Shown: positions 36,791 through 46,702 of the stretch, piece by piece | How positions within the stretch are numbered: position 1 is the stretch's first letter | Layout of the letters: every line of letters starts with the position of its first letter | IMG/VR virus record: IMGVR_UViG_3300034117_002447 | Location: 62,001 to 126,000 of that record | Length of the DNA stretch: 64,000 bases | Direction: 5' to 3' (one strand) | Notes under the pieces: model-generated | Databases searched by the model: none | Seen by the model: the letters and a program-made list of their open reading frames with translations, nothing else | What the model was told of the DNA's origin: nothing | Program-made: the position numbers and the translations under genes

Positions 36791-37445
36791 AAATGATGTA
36801 ACTGTTATTTTCTATCCAATCTCCACAGTTAAGATAGTGGATTGAATCAATCGTTCGGTTTTCAGGTTTATGTATGTGTCCGCATATAACTCCTTTGCAA
36901 CCTCGGCGTTTTGCTTGATAAACTAATTGATCTTCAAATGAAGTAATGAATTTAACTGCACCTTTCACTGAATCCTTTGCCCATTTCGACAGAGATTTTT
37001 TGTATCCTAATCGTTTCATGAATCGGTCAAGGGTAATTGCTAATTCATAACCGGCTGATCCTAAATGAGCTAGCCATTTTAAGCTAACGACTCCATCGTA
37101 TAGGTCTCCATGAGTTATGTAATATCCCTTCCAAATAACTTCATCCACGATTTCGATATTACTACCGAAAGTCTGTGGAGAATAGTGTCTTAGAAACTCA
37201 TCGTGATTTCCAGTAATGTAGGTTACAATCGTTCCCTTCTTTGAGTAGGACAAGATTTTTCTAATTACGTTAGTGTAGTCTTGAGTCCAATAGTGTCTCT
37301 TCTTCAAGAGCCAGCCGTCAATGAAGTCTCCCACAATGAATAACCTTTTAGGTTCGTACTTCTTTAGCGTTTCCAATAACGCAGCCGCGTTTGAGCCCTT
37401 ACTTCCAAGGTGAACGTCTGATATGAATAGTGCTTCTATTTTCAT
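36753..37445 (-). CDS. Metallophosphoesterase, UDP-2,3-diacylglucosamine hydrolase-like
   Basis: ISDVHLG, GDFIDGW, GNHDE, HGDLYD, CGHIH, NCGDW. Confidence 0.85.
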   Translation of the reverse strand: MKIEALFISDVHLGSKGSNAAALLETLKKYEPKRLFIVGDFIDGWLLKKRHYWTQDYTNVIRKILSYSKKGTIVTYITGNHDEFLRHYSPQTFGSNIEIVDEVIWKGYYITHGDLYDGVVSLKWLAHLGSAGYELAITLDRFMKRLGYKKSLSKWAKDSVKGAVKFITSFEDQLVYQAKRRGCKGVICGHIHKPENRTIDSIHYLNCGDWIENNSYIIYDKGHFNHYNSL

Positions 37446-37825
37446 GAGTTTAATTCTAGACAAACTTTCGTTAGGAACCTGTGATCTTCGGGTAATTGCA
37501 CAAGCTCAGCAATATGGTTTTGATTAAAGGCTTCAGCCTCTTCCGGATTTCTATTTCCCCAAACCGTTGCCTGATCGAAATGGTTTAGCTTAGCTAATCT
37601 AACTAACTCAGCATAATCTTTATCTCGTAAATGGCCTTTAAGTGGCATAAGACCTCCAACGCAAGTATTCCATTTGAGTTTTCGGCCATCGTATGTTATC
37701 CAGTAATAGTCCATCTCGTCTTCTCCGACTGCTACTAATCTTTCGATATCCCAGCTTGCATTGATTACAAATTGTCCTTTAAGTTTTTCAAACTCTGCAA
37801 GGATTAACGTTTTGTTGTCTGTCAT
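37442..37825 (-). CDS. Hypothetical protein
   Basis: Coupled ORF. Confidence 0.6.
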   Translation of the reverse strand: MTDNKTLILAEFEKLKGQFVINASWDIERLVAVGEDEMDYYWITYDGRKLKWNTCVGGLMPLKGHLRDKDYAELVRLAKLNHFDQATVWGNRNPEEAEAFNQNHIAELVQLPEDHRFLTKVCLELNS

Positions 37826-39660
37826 TATATTGAAAGTTTAAGTAGTTTCTCTTTACGTGGTTCTGAATCTGACCCGAACCAGTTTGATAAACTGTCCTTG
37901 TACAGCTTGTCATTCTGTATATTAACTAGAACTGGGCTGTGAATAATGTCTCTGTACTCTACATCCTCTAGTGCAGCAAGACCCTTTTTGTATTCAACAT
38001 CCCAGCCCCTTGCGCCGGTTTTCTTTTCCCATGCAGAGTACTCGTCATTTGAATAGAATGGCTTTACCTCTTTTCCTTTCTTAGCTACAACTAATGGGGT
38101 CATTACCTTAAAGATTCTGCCCTGATTAAATAGTTCCGGCCAGTACTTATTAAAGAAGTTGATTAGTAGACTTGCAATAGAGTCTCCGTCTGGATCTGCA
38201 TCAGTATAGATGTATACTTTTCCATATCTCAGATCACCCGGTTCCTCTCCTAATTTGATTCCTAATGATGCCATAAGCTGGACGACCTCATCATTCTGGA
38301 TGACTCCAGAGTTTGTCATCTCACTGACGTTTAAGAACTTACCTTTTAATGGAAAGGCCCCAAAATTTTGAGGATCTCTGAATTTACGAACGGCAGATAG
38401 TGCTGACATACCTTCAAATATTCCCAAGACACATTTGCTACGATCCTTACCTTTTGCATCAATTAATTTTAAAACTTTTGTATTCGCCAAGGACTTGTTT
38501 AGTTTACGAAGCTCTGCTCGTTCCTCGGCATTTTTCTTTTGTTCAATCCAATCAAGTAGAGACTGGATTACTTCTGATGTAAAGACTGCTTTTGCGAACT
38601 TTTCAGTTACGTCATGCTTGGTTCCAAATTCTTTTGCTTCAGTAATAAGCTTCTCTTTAGTTTGCGAAGAGAATGCTGGATTAATTACTGTACAATTTAT
38701 AAAAAGGAATATGTGATTCTTGATTTCAGAAGGTTTAACATCAACTTTATGCTTCTTCTTTATCATAACTCTGAGATGCTCAATAACCTGATTCAAGATA
38801 TAGTTCTCATGAGTTCCACCGTCTTTTGTTTGAATTGAGTTAACGAACGATATTGATTGGTATCCATCCTTTGAAACTCCCATTGCAAACTCCCAGTCCT
38901 TTGACTTTTCCCAAATGGAATCCTTTACGTAAAGATCAACGTACTCCTTAAATGTTTTAAACTTGTATTTCTCTCCACAGAATTCTAATTTAAGTCCAGG
39001 ATTTGCAGCAGCAATATCGATTACTCGCTTACGCATCATTTTCCAATGAGCCGAGTCAATCTCTTCCATTTCAAAACGAGCAAGATCAGGTACGTAAGTT
39101 ATTTCAGTAAAGCCTTGAGCCGTTTTTGAAATCTTAGCAGAGGTTCTCTTTGACATGTTATCTGTAAAGATTTGTAAAAGTCTATTCTTGCCGTCTGCTG
39201 TATCAATAATAAACTTCTTTGAAAAGATATTTACTAGCGATGCACCAACTCCATTTGTTCCAGCGACAGTACGACCTTCATCGTCATTGAAATTAGAACC
39301 GGCTCTAAGATTAGAGAAGATTAATTCAGGAATCCAAACTTTATGGTCAGGGTGTTGTACTACTGGAATTCCGCCGTTATCCCATACCGTAATTGTATCG
39401 AGAGTAACGTTTACTTTAATTGTATTGATTTTACCAGTTCTCTTGTGTTCGTCCACTGAGTTTGAAATGATTTCATCGAATAACTTCAAAAATCCTGGAT
39501 TGTAGCTTAGCTCGTATTTTTCGTAAACATCATCTTCAAGGATCCATTCGTTTCCTGTGTGAGGTTTAGTCGAGCCAATGTACATACCCGGTCTTTTCAG
39601 AACGTGTTCGATCTCGTCAAGTAACTGGTACTTTTTACTGATTTCTTTGTTTGATGCCAT
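37825..39660 (-). CDS. DNA topoisomerase II large subunit (T4 gp39+60/GyrB-like, unsplit)
   Basis: HVLKRPGMYIGS, EIISNSVDE, DNGGIP, GTNGVGA, EGMSA, PLKGKFLN, TDADPDG. Confidence 0.95.
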   Translation of the reverse strand: MASNKEISKKYQLLDEIEHVLKRPGMYIGSTKPHTGNEWILEDDVYEKYELSYNPGFLKLFDEIISNSVDEHKRTGKINTIKVNVTLDTITVWDNGGIPVVQHPDHKVWIPELIFSNLRAGSNFNDDEGRTVAGTNGVGASLVNIFSKKFIIDTADGKNRLLQIFTDNMSKRTSAKISKTAQGFTEITYVPDLARFEMEEIDSAHWKMMRKRVIDIAAANPGLKLEFCGEKYKFKTFKEYVDLYVKDSIWEKSKDWEFAMGVSKDGYQSISFVNSIQTKDGGTHENYILNQVIEHLRVMIKKKHKVDVKPSEIKNHIFLFINCTVINPAFSSQTKEKLITEAKEFGTKHDVTEKFAKAVFTSEVIQSLLDWIEQKKNAEERAELRKLNKSLANTKVLKLIDAKGKDRSKCVLGIFEGMSALSAVRKFRDPQNFGAFPLKGKFLNVSEMTNSGVIQNDEVVQLMASLGIKLGEEPGDLRYGKVYIYTDADPDGDSIASLLINFFNKYWPELFNQGRIFKVMTPLVVAKKGKEVKPFYSNDEYSAWEKKTGARGWDVEYKKGLAALEDVEYRDIIHSPVLVNIQNDKLYKDSLSNWFGSDSEPRKEKLLKLSI

Positions 39661-39768
39661 ATTGTCTATTGTATTTGTAAAAGTCCTAAAAGTTTTAAGA
39701 CATAGATATTTCTGTCAAGCCCAATAGTATTTACGCTTGTTGTTATTATACTACAGTAAGTGATAAGA

Positions 39769-40914
39769 TTAGTCGAAAGAAACTCCGGGAATTGACATTA
39801 ATGTACGACCCATGTCGTTTAGTAGAGTTTGATGATTCGTGTACTTAACGGTTTGGTGCCAGTATGGGGTCTTGGTTTTTGAATTTAAGACTACTGTATT
39901 GCTGGAAAGACCTGCGAACTTCTTTAGATTAGCAGCATTCATGTTAACCTGCTTTGCAACAAGTCTACCGTCTTGATTAACAACCAGACTTGGAGCGCCA
40001 AGTCCAACCATTTTTACTTGCCAACCGTTTCGTTCAACTTCATTAATGTATTCTGCATGAAACGCGAATAGTCTCTTTTGACCCTGAACTTCAGGACCAA
40101 GTACTAGAACGCAACTGCCTTTTCCCATTGAGATATTTTCGTTTACATCAGATGGCTTATCGTCTAGTGAATCGTTTGGTTCAGAATAGATATGGGAATA
40201 TGCATCAGCGCCTAAGTCAATCAATCTCTCAAGGTAACCTTGATTACGCAACTGTTTAAATACTAGATTCTCGATAGAGAACTCACCGTTTGCAGCAAGA
40301 CCCTCTTTACGAGCCTTCATGATTTTCTGTTTAAGAGCAGAGATTCTGTCCTGTACTTCTCTAGCCTGATCTGAATCTGACTTAACTACTTCCTTTTCAA
40401 GTTCCTCAATTTCAGTAATGAATGCCTCTACTTTACGGTAAACATCCTTTTCGTCAATCTGTGGATTACTTGGTTCAGGAACCGTGATCCATTCGTCTTT
40501 CATTAGGGAATATAAACCTGATGCAACGTGTGGTTCGTCCTTGTCTTGTGCATACAATTCAACATCAAAACCTTGGATCTTTACTGGGTGTCTAAGATTC
40601 CAGATAAAACGTAATCCATCAACTGCTTTCTTTACAAGCTCAACGTCATCTCCGATAATAGTAAAGTCTAGAATAACATGGACGTCCAAGTCAGAGTGTT
40701 CTGTCCAGTTAAAGTTAGCTAGAGATCCAGTCAAATGAATGTCTATGATTGGTGCTTCAACTTTTAGGTCAGTATAGAAATCAGTTGCAATCTGCAAAAG
40801 TTTCGTACGAACCTCTGGGTTAAACTTCTGGTCCTGCCAGAATATAGAGTTCAATTCTCCTTTGTAGAATTCTCCCTCATTAAGGAACTGGTTGTATGGT
40901 TTTAAGTGTTTCAT
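39769..40914 (-). CDS. Pol-beta-superfamily nucleotidyltransferase with capsid-targeting-like N-terminus
   Basis: LTGSLANFNW...SDLDVH, DVELY; MKHLKPYNQFLNE. Confidence 0.7.
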   Translation of the reverse strand: MKHLKPYNQFLNEGEFYKGELNSIFWQDQKFNPEVRTKLLQIATDFYTDLKVEAPIIDIHLTGSLANFNWTEHSDLDVHVILDFTIIGDDVELVKKAVDGLRFIWNLRHPVKIQGFDVELYAQDKDEPHVASGLYSLMKDEWITVPEPSNPQIDEKDVYRKVEAFITEIEELEKEVVKSDSDQAREVQDRISALKQKIMKARKEGLAANGEFSIENLVFKQLRNQGYLERLIDLGADAYSHIYSEPNDSLDDKPSDVNENISMGKGSCVLVLGPEVQGQKRLFAFHAEYINEVERNGWQVKMVGLGAPSLVVNQDGRLVAKQVNMNAANLKKFAGLSSNTVVLNSKTKTPYWHQTVKYTNHQTLLNDMGRTLMSIPGVSFD

Positions 40915-40938
40915 CTAAGTTATTTATTAGACAAATTC

Positions 40939-41745
40939 TTAACCGATATACGTTTTTGCGTACCTGCCCCAAAGATCTTGACTGAACTTATCTTGATTTG
41001 CTCGTAAGAAATCAAAGTACTTTTGATAGAACTTAGTAATCTCTAGAGAGCCGCAGCGATCTAGTGGCTTATCTGAAATATCTCTTGAACTTAACTTATG
41101 GTTCTCAAAGTTATTTGGATTGTTGATATCGCCGCTCTGTTTATGGCCAGCCAATTCAGCTGGATCTGACCAGTTAAAGCAGTAAGAAGGAATATATCGT
41201 GGGTTGTGCTCGTCCAATTGACCCTCATCTCTAAGCTTGGTGTACCAGCTTAAACCTTCATACCCGGTTGCATCAGTTCGGAAACCAATCTCTCTGATTC
41301 TGTGCATCTTTACAATAACGGATGCCTCCATTGTATTACGAACAAGCTCTAGCTTATTAGGAGCCGCAAACATACTCATCTCAGGTTTCCATGAATCGTG
41401 CCCGATTTCAATTATACCTTCAACTGCTTGTCTAAAATGCCAAGGCAAGTAAACATCATCGTCATCAGCTAACATGAAGTAGTCGCCAGTTGCATGGGAG
41501 ACTGCATCTCTACAAATGGCTCCACGATTAGTATACGGTAATCCAGTAACGTAATCAATTGAATTATTAATTACTGTAATATTTGCATACAGCAATCCAT
41601 CAGATAACCGAAATGGATTGTCAGTATCAGTATTTAAGATAATTAGCTCAGCATTTCGATAGTCTTGTTGTAAGTACTGTTCGATTATTCGTTCAACGCA
41701 ACGGTACCTACGATAGGACGTGCAAACGAAACTTAATTTATGCAT
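40939..41745 (-). CDS. Glycosyltransferase family 2-like
   Basis: QQDY...ELIIL, ATGDYFMLADDDD. Confidence 0.75.
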   Translation of the reverse strand: MHKLSFVCTSYRRYRCVERIIEQYLQQDYRNAELIILNTDTDNPFRLSDGLLYANITVINNSIDYVTGLPYTNRGAICRDAVSHATGDYFMLADDDDVYLPWHFRQAVEGIIEIGHDSWKPEMSMFAAPNKLELVRNTMEASVIVKMHRIREIGFRTDATGYEGLSWYTKLRDEGQLDEHNPRYIPSYCFNWSDPAELAGHKQSGDINNPNNFENHKLSSRDISDKPLDRCGSLEITKFYQKYFDFLRANQDKFSQDLWGRYAKTYIG

Positions 41746-41761
41746 AGTGCTTTCTAGTTAT

Positions 41762-41971
41762 TTATCGAGACCAATAAAGTTCTCCGTCAACTAGGGCTTG
41801 AGAAACATCTTGTGCTTTCGATATTGATCCAATGTAGGCTTTGGGATTCTTTACGTTATTATAAACTCGCTTGTCGCCGTTTGAATATACTACGGTAACT
41901 GTGTACCCACCTGGGTTTAGGCTTAGTTCGTTTGTTCTGAACTGTTCTTTTACTACTACGGTTTTTGCCAT
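41762..41971 (-). CDS. Hypothetical protein
   Basis: Start moved to MAKTVV. Confidence 0.6.
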   Translation of the reverse strand: MAKTVVVKEQFRTNELSLNPGGYTVTVVYSNGDKRVYNNVKNPKAYIGSISKAQDVSQALVDGELYWSR

Positions 41972-41973
41972 TG

Positions 41974-42171
41974 TTAATTGTTTAATGATTTTCGAATTAG
42001 GGTTAGGATCCCAATGAATGCGGCTAGCGGCCACGTTACGATAATTACTATTCTAGCAATTACAGTTAACTGTTTCTCAGGTTGTTTGGAGTCGATGTAC
42101 TCAACGAGTATCATCCAACAAATACCGAATAAGAAATAAAGACATACGTCTTGAATGATTTGATTTTGCAT
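41974..42171 (-). CDS. Small membrane protein
   Basis: Two TM helices, WP motif. Confidence 0.55.
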   Translation of the reverse strand: MQNQIIQDVCLYFLFGICWMILVEYIDSKQPEKQLTVIARIVIIVTWPLAAFIGILTLIRKSLNN

Positions 42172-42173
42172 AA

Positions 42174-42788
42174 TTAATCTAAACTATTTGGATAATATAA
42201 TAAAGTAGGGTTCTTCTTTTGAATATCTGGAACATCTCCTTGAAGTTTCATGTATTTTGTAAACTCCAATACATCAAAACGCTTGGTGATCAGGTGATAA
42301 CCGTTCTTGGTTGGAATACATGTAATAATCTTTGAGCCCTCAGGCTTTATATTTGAATCGATTATATGAACGATCCTATGAACTGTGATCTCATCTTTAG
42401 TATCGATATCAACAATCCATCTCTTTTCTTGAGTTTTGATTTGACCGACGACTGAGTCGAACAGACCCTTTTGATTGGTGTTGCCGTCTTGAATTCTTTG
42501 AGCAAGAGCAACCATCATGTTTAAGCTAACGTCAAAATGATTCTGTTTTTGTACATGAATGTATGCACGAGCCTTAAACATCTCACATAACTGCAAGATC
42601 TCTTCCCATCTTCTATCTAAATGGTCAAGGCTTTCAATACAATAGGTTTTGATTGTTCTAACTGACTGGTGATTGTCTCTCTCTCCCTCCGGCTGATCCT
42701 TCTTACGTTTAAACACGTACAGCATATAGAAGTCTCCCTTCTCTGAAAAGTTTAAAAGGGGTTTAATAAGTTGTAAATTGTCTATCAT
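42174..42788 (-). CDS. Hypothetical phage protein
   Basis: ARAYIH, WIVDID, IPTKNGYHLIT (primase-polymerase-like motifs). Confidence 0.65.
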   Translation of the reverse strand: MIDNLQLIKPLLNFSEKGDFYMLYVFKRKKDQPEGERDNHQSVRTIKTYCIESLDHLDRRWEEILQLCEMFKARAYIHVQKQNHFDVSLNMMVALAQRIQDGNTNQKGLFDSVVGQIKTQEKRWIVDIDTKDEITVHRIVHIIDSNIKPEGSKIITCIPTKNGYHLITKRFDVLEFTKYMKLQGDVPDIQKKNPTLLYYPNSLD

Positions 42789-42812
42789 TAAGACTATTAT
42801 ACTAAATAAGTC

Positions 42813-44249
42813 TTAGACAGTTCTTGCTAAATTCAGAATTTGATCTTTCGCGGCAAGCACGGCAGTAATCTTTGCCTTAATCTTTGGATCAGGCCAGTTG
42901 TTTACATTTCTGGTTAAGAGTTCAAAGCCTCTTTCTGTCTTAGCAAAGATTGCATCAACATCTTCTTGAGAGATTTTACCTACTAGAAGTTTATGGTATA
43001 GCTTAGCAGCGAACATTGAAAGTATTCCATGTTTCTTGAATCCTTCCAACATTGCTTCAGTTGAGAAATTCTCTGATTCAAATTCGTTATCAATAATAAT
43101 TAGCAAATCTCTTTCAACCTGTTCTCTAGCGACTGGATCAGTTAGGGTTTCTAGATCATGACCTGCAACCGCAAGTGATTGGATCTTTGCATCAACTCCT
43201 GCTTTAGACATAATATTTGCAAGAACAGTCTTCACCACTATCTCAGACGGAAGTAGTGCAATTACTTGATTAACAAGATCTTCCGGATAGCCGTTCATTT
43301 GTAAATGAGTAGCTGGATCAGAATCTTTCTTTATATTGCGGTCGTTTGCATCGTGTGACGCTTTAACACTTGAGTCTGAGGCAAGGACTGTTGTTCCAGT
43401 TACAAACATTGGATCACTATTCGGAACATTAAAGTTAAGGATATTTAATTGAACTCCACGACTTACATAAGAGTCCCAACTTCCAGTGTTTAGACACCAG
43501 TTAGCCATACGGAATATTGCTTTCTGTGCAGCTTCAGTCCTAACTGAAAAGACCACGTAATTATTATCATCGTACATTACCTGAATTTCAGGAGAAAGAC
43601 TTTCAGCTTGAGCTACTAATTTTTGAGAACCTTCATCTGAGCTTGAAATATCTAATGCATACTTCATGAAATCTTGAATAGTTCGGTAGCGAGCAACTTT
43701 GGACATTACTCTCTTTTGAATAGCTTCGCCCTGATCAGCGATTGTCCAACCAATACGAATAAGTTCCTTTTGTTTTTCCGGATCAAGAGCACGAGCCTGA
43801 TCTCTAAGTTCTCTAGGAAGAGCATCAATTATCCATTTACCTTTGGAATTAAATTCAAATGTTCTGAACTGGTCCATTAGCGCTTCAAAACCTGAAACTG
43901 TAGATCCAGGTTCAGGATTTCCGTTTGAATAGGCATCTAGTGTATATGGAAGAGTGCTAACTAGTTGACGGTACTTAATCATTTGGTCCAATAGTTGTTT
44001 CAATTGGTCTACTGAAATTCTCTGTTCGAAATGGAATTTAACGAAAGTTCCTAAGTAACCATTGTATTTTTGACCAAGTAATTCAAGTACTTCTAGGTAT
44101 TGACGATTGTTTAGAGCACGAGTCTGTTCCTCAGGAGTAAGTTCACTTACTTCTTTTCCTAGAGACTGTGCTGCTCTCTTAAGCATGTATGCTTTTGCTG
44201 CTTGGACATTCTCAAATATCCAGCTTTCGTATAGCTGTATGTGTTTCAT
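42813..44249 (-). CDS. Protein with capsid-targeting-like N-terminus
   Basis: MKHIQLYESWIFE; internal NWCL. Confidence 0.7.
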   Translation of the reverse strand: MKHIQLYESWIFENVQAAKAYMLKRAAQSLGKEVSELTPEEQTRALNNRQYLEVLELLGQKYNGYLGTFVKFHFEQRISVDQLKQLLDQMIKYRQLVSTLPYTLDAYSNGNPEPGSTVSGFEALMDQFRTFEFNSKGKWIIDALPRELRDQARALDPEKQKELIRIGWTIADQGEAIQKRVMSKVARYRTIQDFMKYALDISSSDEGSQKLVAQAESLSPEIQVMYDDNNYVVFSVRTEAAQKAIFRMANWCLNTGSWDSYVSRGVQLNILNFNVPNSDPMFVTGTTVLASDSSVKASHDANDRNIKKDSDPATHLQMNGYPEDLVNQVIALLPSEIVVKTVLANIMSKAGVDAKIQSLAVAGHDLETLTDPVAREQVERDLLIIIDNEFESENFSTEAMLEGFKKHGILSMFAAKLYHKLLVGKISQEDVDAIFAKTERGFELLTRNVNNWPDPKIKAKITAVLAAKDQILNLARTV

Positions 44250-45385
44250 CGACGTTGGTCTCTGATATTTTTGATTTCATTAACTTGAATAGTTGGGTAC
44301 ATGTCCAAGTCAATCTCTTCAGTTGGACACTCAAGCTTCTGTATGAATTGCAGTCCAGCTTGAGATAATTTAGTTAATAACTGATTCGTAACCTGAGTAC
44401 TAGCAGCCGATACGTAATCAAGAATAGTCGTAGACTCAAGCTTGATATTTAATCTGCTAATATCGGTTGGGATATTGTTGTCGTAAGGGTAGCCTAACCC
44501 AAATCGGAGCTGGCCGTTTGCTGAAACGGTCCATACTAAATTAGGATTAGACATTGCATCTATTTCTGACTGAGTGTATTTACTCCACTCGTTTAACGGC
44601 AGCTCAAGAGGTTTTGACTGATCGGTTTGCTTTTGTAGCAGCTTTATTAATTTTGCCATCTCAACTGACCCGTGATACAGACCTCGAATTGGAAGAGCTT
44701 TAATTTGTGTTCTATCTAAATTAACGCCGCGCTCTGCAAATTTAGTCTCAAGAGTTGAATACATTAATTCGACTTGATTCTCTTTCTTTACATCACTTGC
44801 ATAAGCTCTTTTACTTGGAAGGTAGTCTACTTCTAGAACTAAATTCTCCTGAACCCATAGACTTGCCTGCTTCATGAACTCTACTGGAGAAAGACCTCCA
44901 TCTAGTTCTTTAAGCTTTTGATCCATGTAAGTCATCTTAGGATTAGGCTTCTGCACGATTCGACGTACTACATTAATTGAAGAAAAGAATCCAATTGCTG
45001 TATCAGTTAATGGAGAATAGTTAGGATTTTTAGATAGCATTAAGGTACGGTTTCCCAGTTGAATATTACTTGAACATGGATAAAATCCTTTTGCCAATAG
45101 TGACTGTAATTCAGGCGAAGCTAGCGAATCAGTTAACCAAGTAAGAGAAGGGTACTCAGAAATTTCAGCTAACCACTCAGCTGACCATCGAGGATGAGTC
45201 GCATCAGCGTCTTTAAGAAGTTTACGATTAATTCCAGCGATCTTGCTCAGAAGAGCCTTTCCTTGTTGAGCGTAATCGTCTGCTGATATAATTGCGAAAT
45301 CGCGCAGAGCATCGAGCTCAGCCAATTGAGATTGGCTTGTAGATAATTCGTCTTTCCAGTTTTCAAACAGTTGTAAGTGCTTCAT
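44246..45385 (-). CDS. Protein with capsid-targeting-like N-terminus
   Basis: MKHLQLFENWKDE. Confidence 0.7.
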   Translation of the reverse strand: MKHLQLFENWKDELSTSQSQLAELDALRDFAIISADDYAQQGKALLSKIAGINRKLLKDADATHPRWSAEWLAEISEYPSLTWLTDSLASPELQSLLAKGFYPCSSNIQLGNRTLMLSKNPNYSPLTDTAIGFFSSINVVRRIVQKPNPKMTYMDQKLKELDGGLSPVEFMKQASLWVQENLVLEVDYLPSKRAYASDVKKENQVELMYSTLETKFAERGVNLDRTQIKALPIRGLYHGSVEMAKLIKLLQKQTDQSKPLELPLNEWSKYTQSEIDAMSNPNLVWTVSANGQLRFGLGYPYDNNIPTDISRLNIKLESTTILDYVSAASTQVTNQLLTKLSQAGLQFIQKLECPTEEIDLDMYPTIQVNEIKNIRDQRR

Positions 45386-45395
45386 TAACAATTAA

Positions 45396-46229
45396 TTAGA
45401 TTTTACCTGCGGTACCAGCCGTACCTGATGTACCGGTAGAACCAGCATTCATTAACTGACTTTTAATTACTTCAGTTCTAGCTGCAACCTTTTTTCTTAT
45501 TTCAAGATATTTTGCATCGATCTTTCCATCCTTCGTTTTTCCAGTAGTAAAGTCAACAACGTTTGTTAACTTAGCTTGCTCTTCAACCTCTTTCATTAAC
45601 TTTAAAAATTCAGCATCCGAATTAAGTCTCTTGTTTAGTTCCTTGTTTTGAAGAGATGCTTGATACGCTGGAATACTGGTTGCTGCTTGATATGCAACTC
45701 CAGTAACATCGGCGACATGCGATCTAAAAGCTGTCATAATATCTTTTCCAAAGAAACCTTCTGCGTAATCTCCCTTGCTTCCAGCAGTTCCAGCTGTACC
45801 GCTTGTTCCAGTTGAACCAGTCGGTGCTGTGTTAATAGCAGCTGCAATTTTACCAAGAATTTGATCTCCTGCAACTGGATCAGTTAAATTAAATATGTAG
45901 GATGCTTGATACTTGTAGACTCCACCTCCAGCTGCAGGCGGTTCGTTAATTTCGCTAGCTTGAAGAGCCGCAGCCACTCCACCAAGATCAGTAAGTTTTT
46001 TCTCAACGTCCTTGTTCTTAGCCGTTAAAAGGACTAATACGTTTCCTGGTGCTTTTTTGGTGGATTCATTATCTTCAGTCGCAATATAGATTCGACCTAG
46101 TGTAAATTTAGCGTATGATGTTCCAGCACTGTATACTGCAGCTCCAGTTAAGACTGATTTAGTTGGATCGAACTTATATGCTTGGGCTTCGTTTTGGAAA
46201 GCTTCAAATAATTTAATGTACTTTGGCAT
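45396..46229 (-). CDS. Protein with capsid-targeting-like N-terminus and GTS/GTA repeats
   Basis: MPKYIKLFEAFQNE; GSTGTSGTAGTAG twice. Confidence 0.7.
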   Translation of the reverse strand: MPKYIKLFEAFQNEAQAYKFDPTKSVLTGAAVYSAGTSYAKFTLGRIYIATEDNESTKKAPGNVLVLLTAKNKDVEKKLTDLGGVAAALQASEINEPPAAGGGVYKYQASYIFNLTDPVAGDQILGKIAAAINTAPTGSTGTSGTAGTAGSKGDYAEGFFGKDIMTAFRSHVADVTGVAYQAATSIPAYQASLQNKELNKRLNSDAEFLKLMKEVEEQAKLTNVVDFTTGKTKDGKIDAKYLEIRKKVAARTEVIKSQLMNAGSTGTSGTAGTAGKI

Positions 46230-46258
46230 TTAATGTAATTATTTCAGGGTTATTTATT

Positions 46259-46681
46259 CTAGTATTCAGAGGTTAAAGCTCGGCTGAGATCTCGTTCTTT
46301 AATAACATGTCGCTTATCCCAATCCTTCTTTCCTTTGGCTAGAGCAATCGCAATCTTAATTAAACCTGACGAGTTAACGAAGATCTTTACTGGAACGATT
46401 GTGAGGCCCCTGTCCATCAGTTTATTTAGTTTCTTTAGTTCCTTTTTAGTTAAGAGTAGCTTCCTCTCTCGTTTACCTTGGTGACTGTATGCTGAGGTTG
46501 ATTCTTTTATGTACAGTTCTCGACAGAAGCATTCACCTGACCGAAGTTCGCACCAGGATCCAGTAAAGTCAAGGTTACCCGCCTTAATTGACTTGACCTC
46601 TGATCCAGTTAAGGAGATCCCAGCGGTCCATGTCTCTAAAAATGTGTATTCGTGTCGGGCTTTTCGGTTTTCTGCTATCAT
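46259..46681 (-). CDS. smpB: SsrA-binding protein
   Basis: NRKARHEY, AGISLTGSEVKS, RKLLL, AKGKKDWDKR. Confidence 0.92.
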   Translation of the reverse strand: MIAENRKARHEYTFLETWTAGISLTGSEVKSIKAGNLDFTGSWCELRSGECFCRELYIKESTSAYSHQGKRERKLLLTKKELKKLNKLMDRGLTIVPVKIFVNSSGLIKIAIALAKGKKDWDKRHVIKERDLSRALTSEY

Positions 46682-46702
46682 CTTAGTAATAATATACTAA
46701 AG

